64,000 bases of DNA from Phoronis australis (Eukaryota; Animalia; Phoronida). The notes beneath the pieces are model-generated. The model made no database searches. It saw nothing but the letters and a program-made list of their open reading frames with translations, and had not been told where the DNA came from. Positions 63,693-64,000 of the stretch are shown piece after piece. The translations under genes and the position numbers were made by a program. The DNA is taken from assembly GCA_002633005.1 (NCBI GenBank), contig NMRA01000029.1, positions 1,407,796 through 1,471,795 on the forward strand. The letters are read 5' to 3'. Positions within the stretch are counted from its first letter, which is position 1. Each line of letters starts with the position of its first letter.

Positions 63693-64000
63693 GACTCAAT
63701 ATGAAATTTCCACGCCGGTTTGAGATTTACATATTATCCGGTACTAAAACGGAAAAGGAGCAGTTTATTCTATTCCTCAAACAATGGACCGTGAACAGTA
63801 AAACATTTCATAAATACTTCCTTTCTTGTAGGACTAAATAATATATTTCTTATCTATTACTGCAGGGTTCTCATGTTCTAAATCAGAAATCTGTAAACAA
63901 CGAGGTTTTCGTGATGTCAACTGTCACACATGTTGAGCAGTGAGAGGGCACTGTAAGCGACACGATTAACCAATCACAAACGGAGAAACCCATTTCCGCG

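Overview
Eukaryotic, AT-rich, intron- and transposon-rich animal DNA. The protein resembles echinoderm RII from memory, so an invertebrate deuterostome such as a hemichordate or echinoderm is my inference. Almost the whole window is one minus-strand gene, the cAMP-dependent protein kinase type II regulatory subunit (PRKAR2/Pka-R2). I assembled 13 coding exons by hand from ATG 58730 to TGA 2045. All introns are GT-AG, phases are consistent, and the CDS is 1140 nt (379 aa). It has a D/D domain, an RRKS inhibitor site on a 36-nt exon, and two CNB domains. Intron 1 is 33.4 kb, the putative 3' UTR is about 2 kb, and the CpG-rich 5' region carries a perfect CRE. Introns and the 5' flank hold non-autonomous DNA transposons: Kolobok-like (one with a THAP relic), IS3EU-like with an internal palindromic array, Harbinger-like, pogo/Tc1-like, and several with 5-bp TSDs. 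There are also LINE and Penelope fragments, a 47-bp minisatellite on a splice acceptor, and a ~645-bp duplication around an N that is probably an assembly artefact. Nearly all ORFs in the supplied track are spurious. I found no convincing wholly new multi-gene system; the best leads are splicing, regulatory and transposon oddities.
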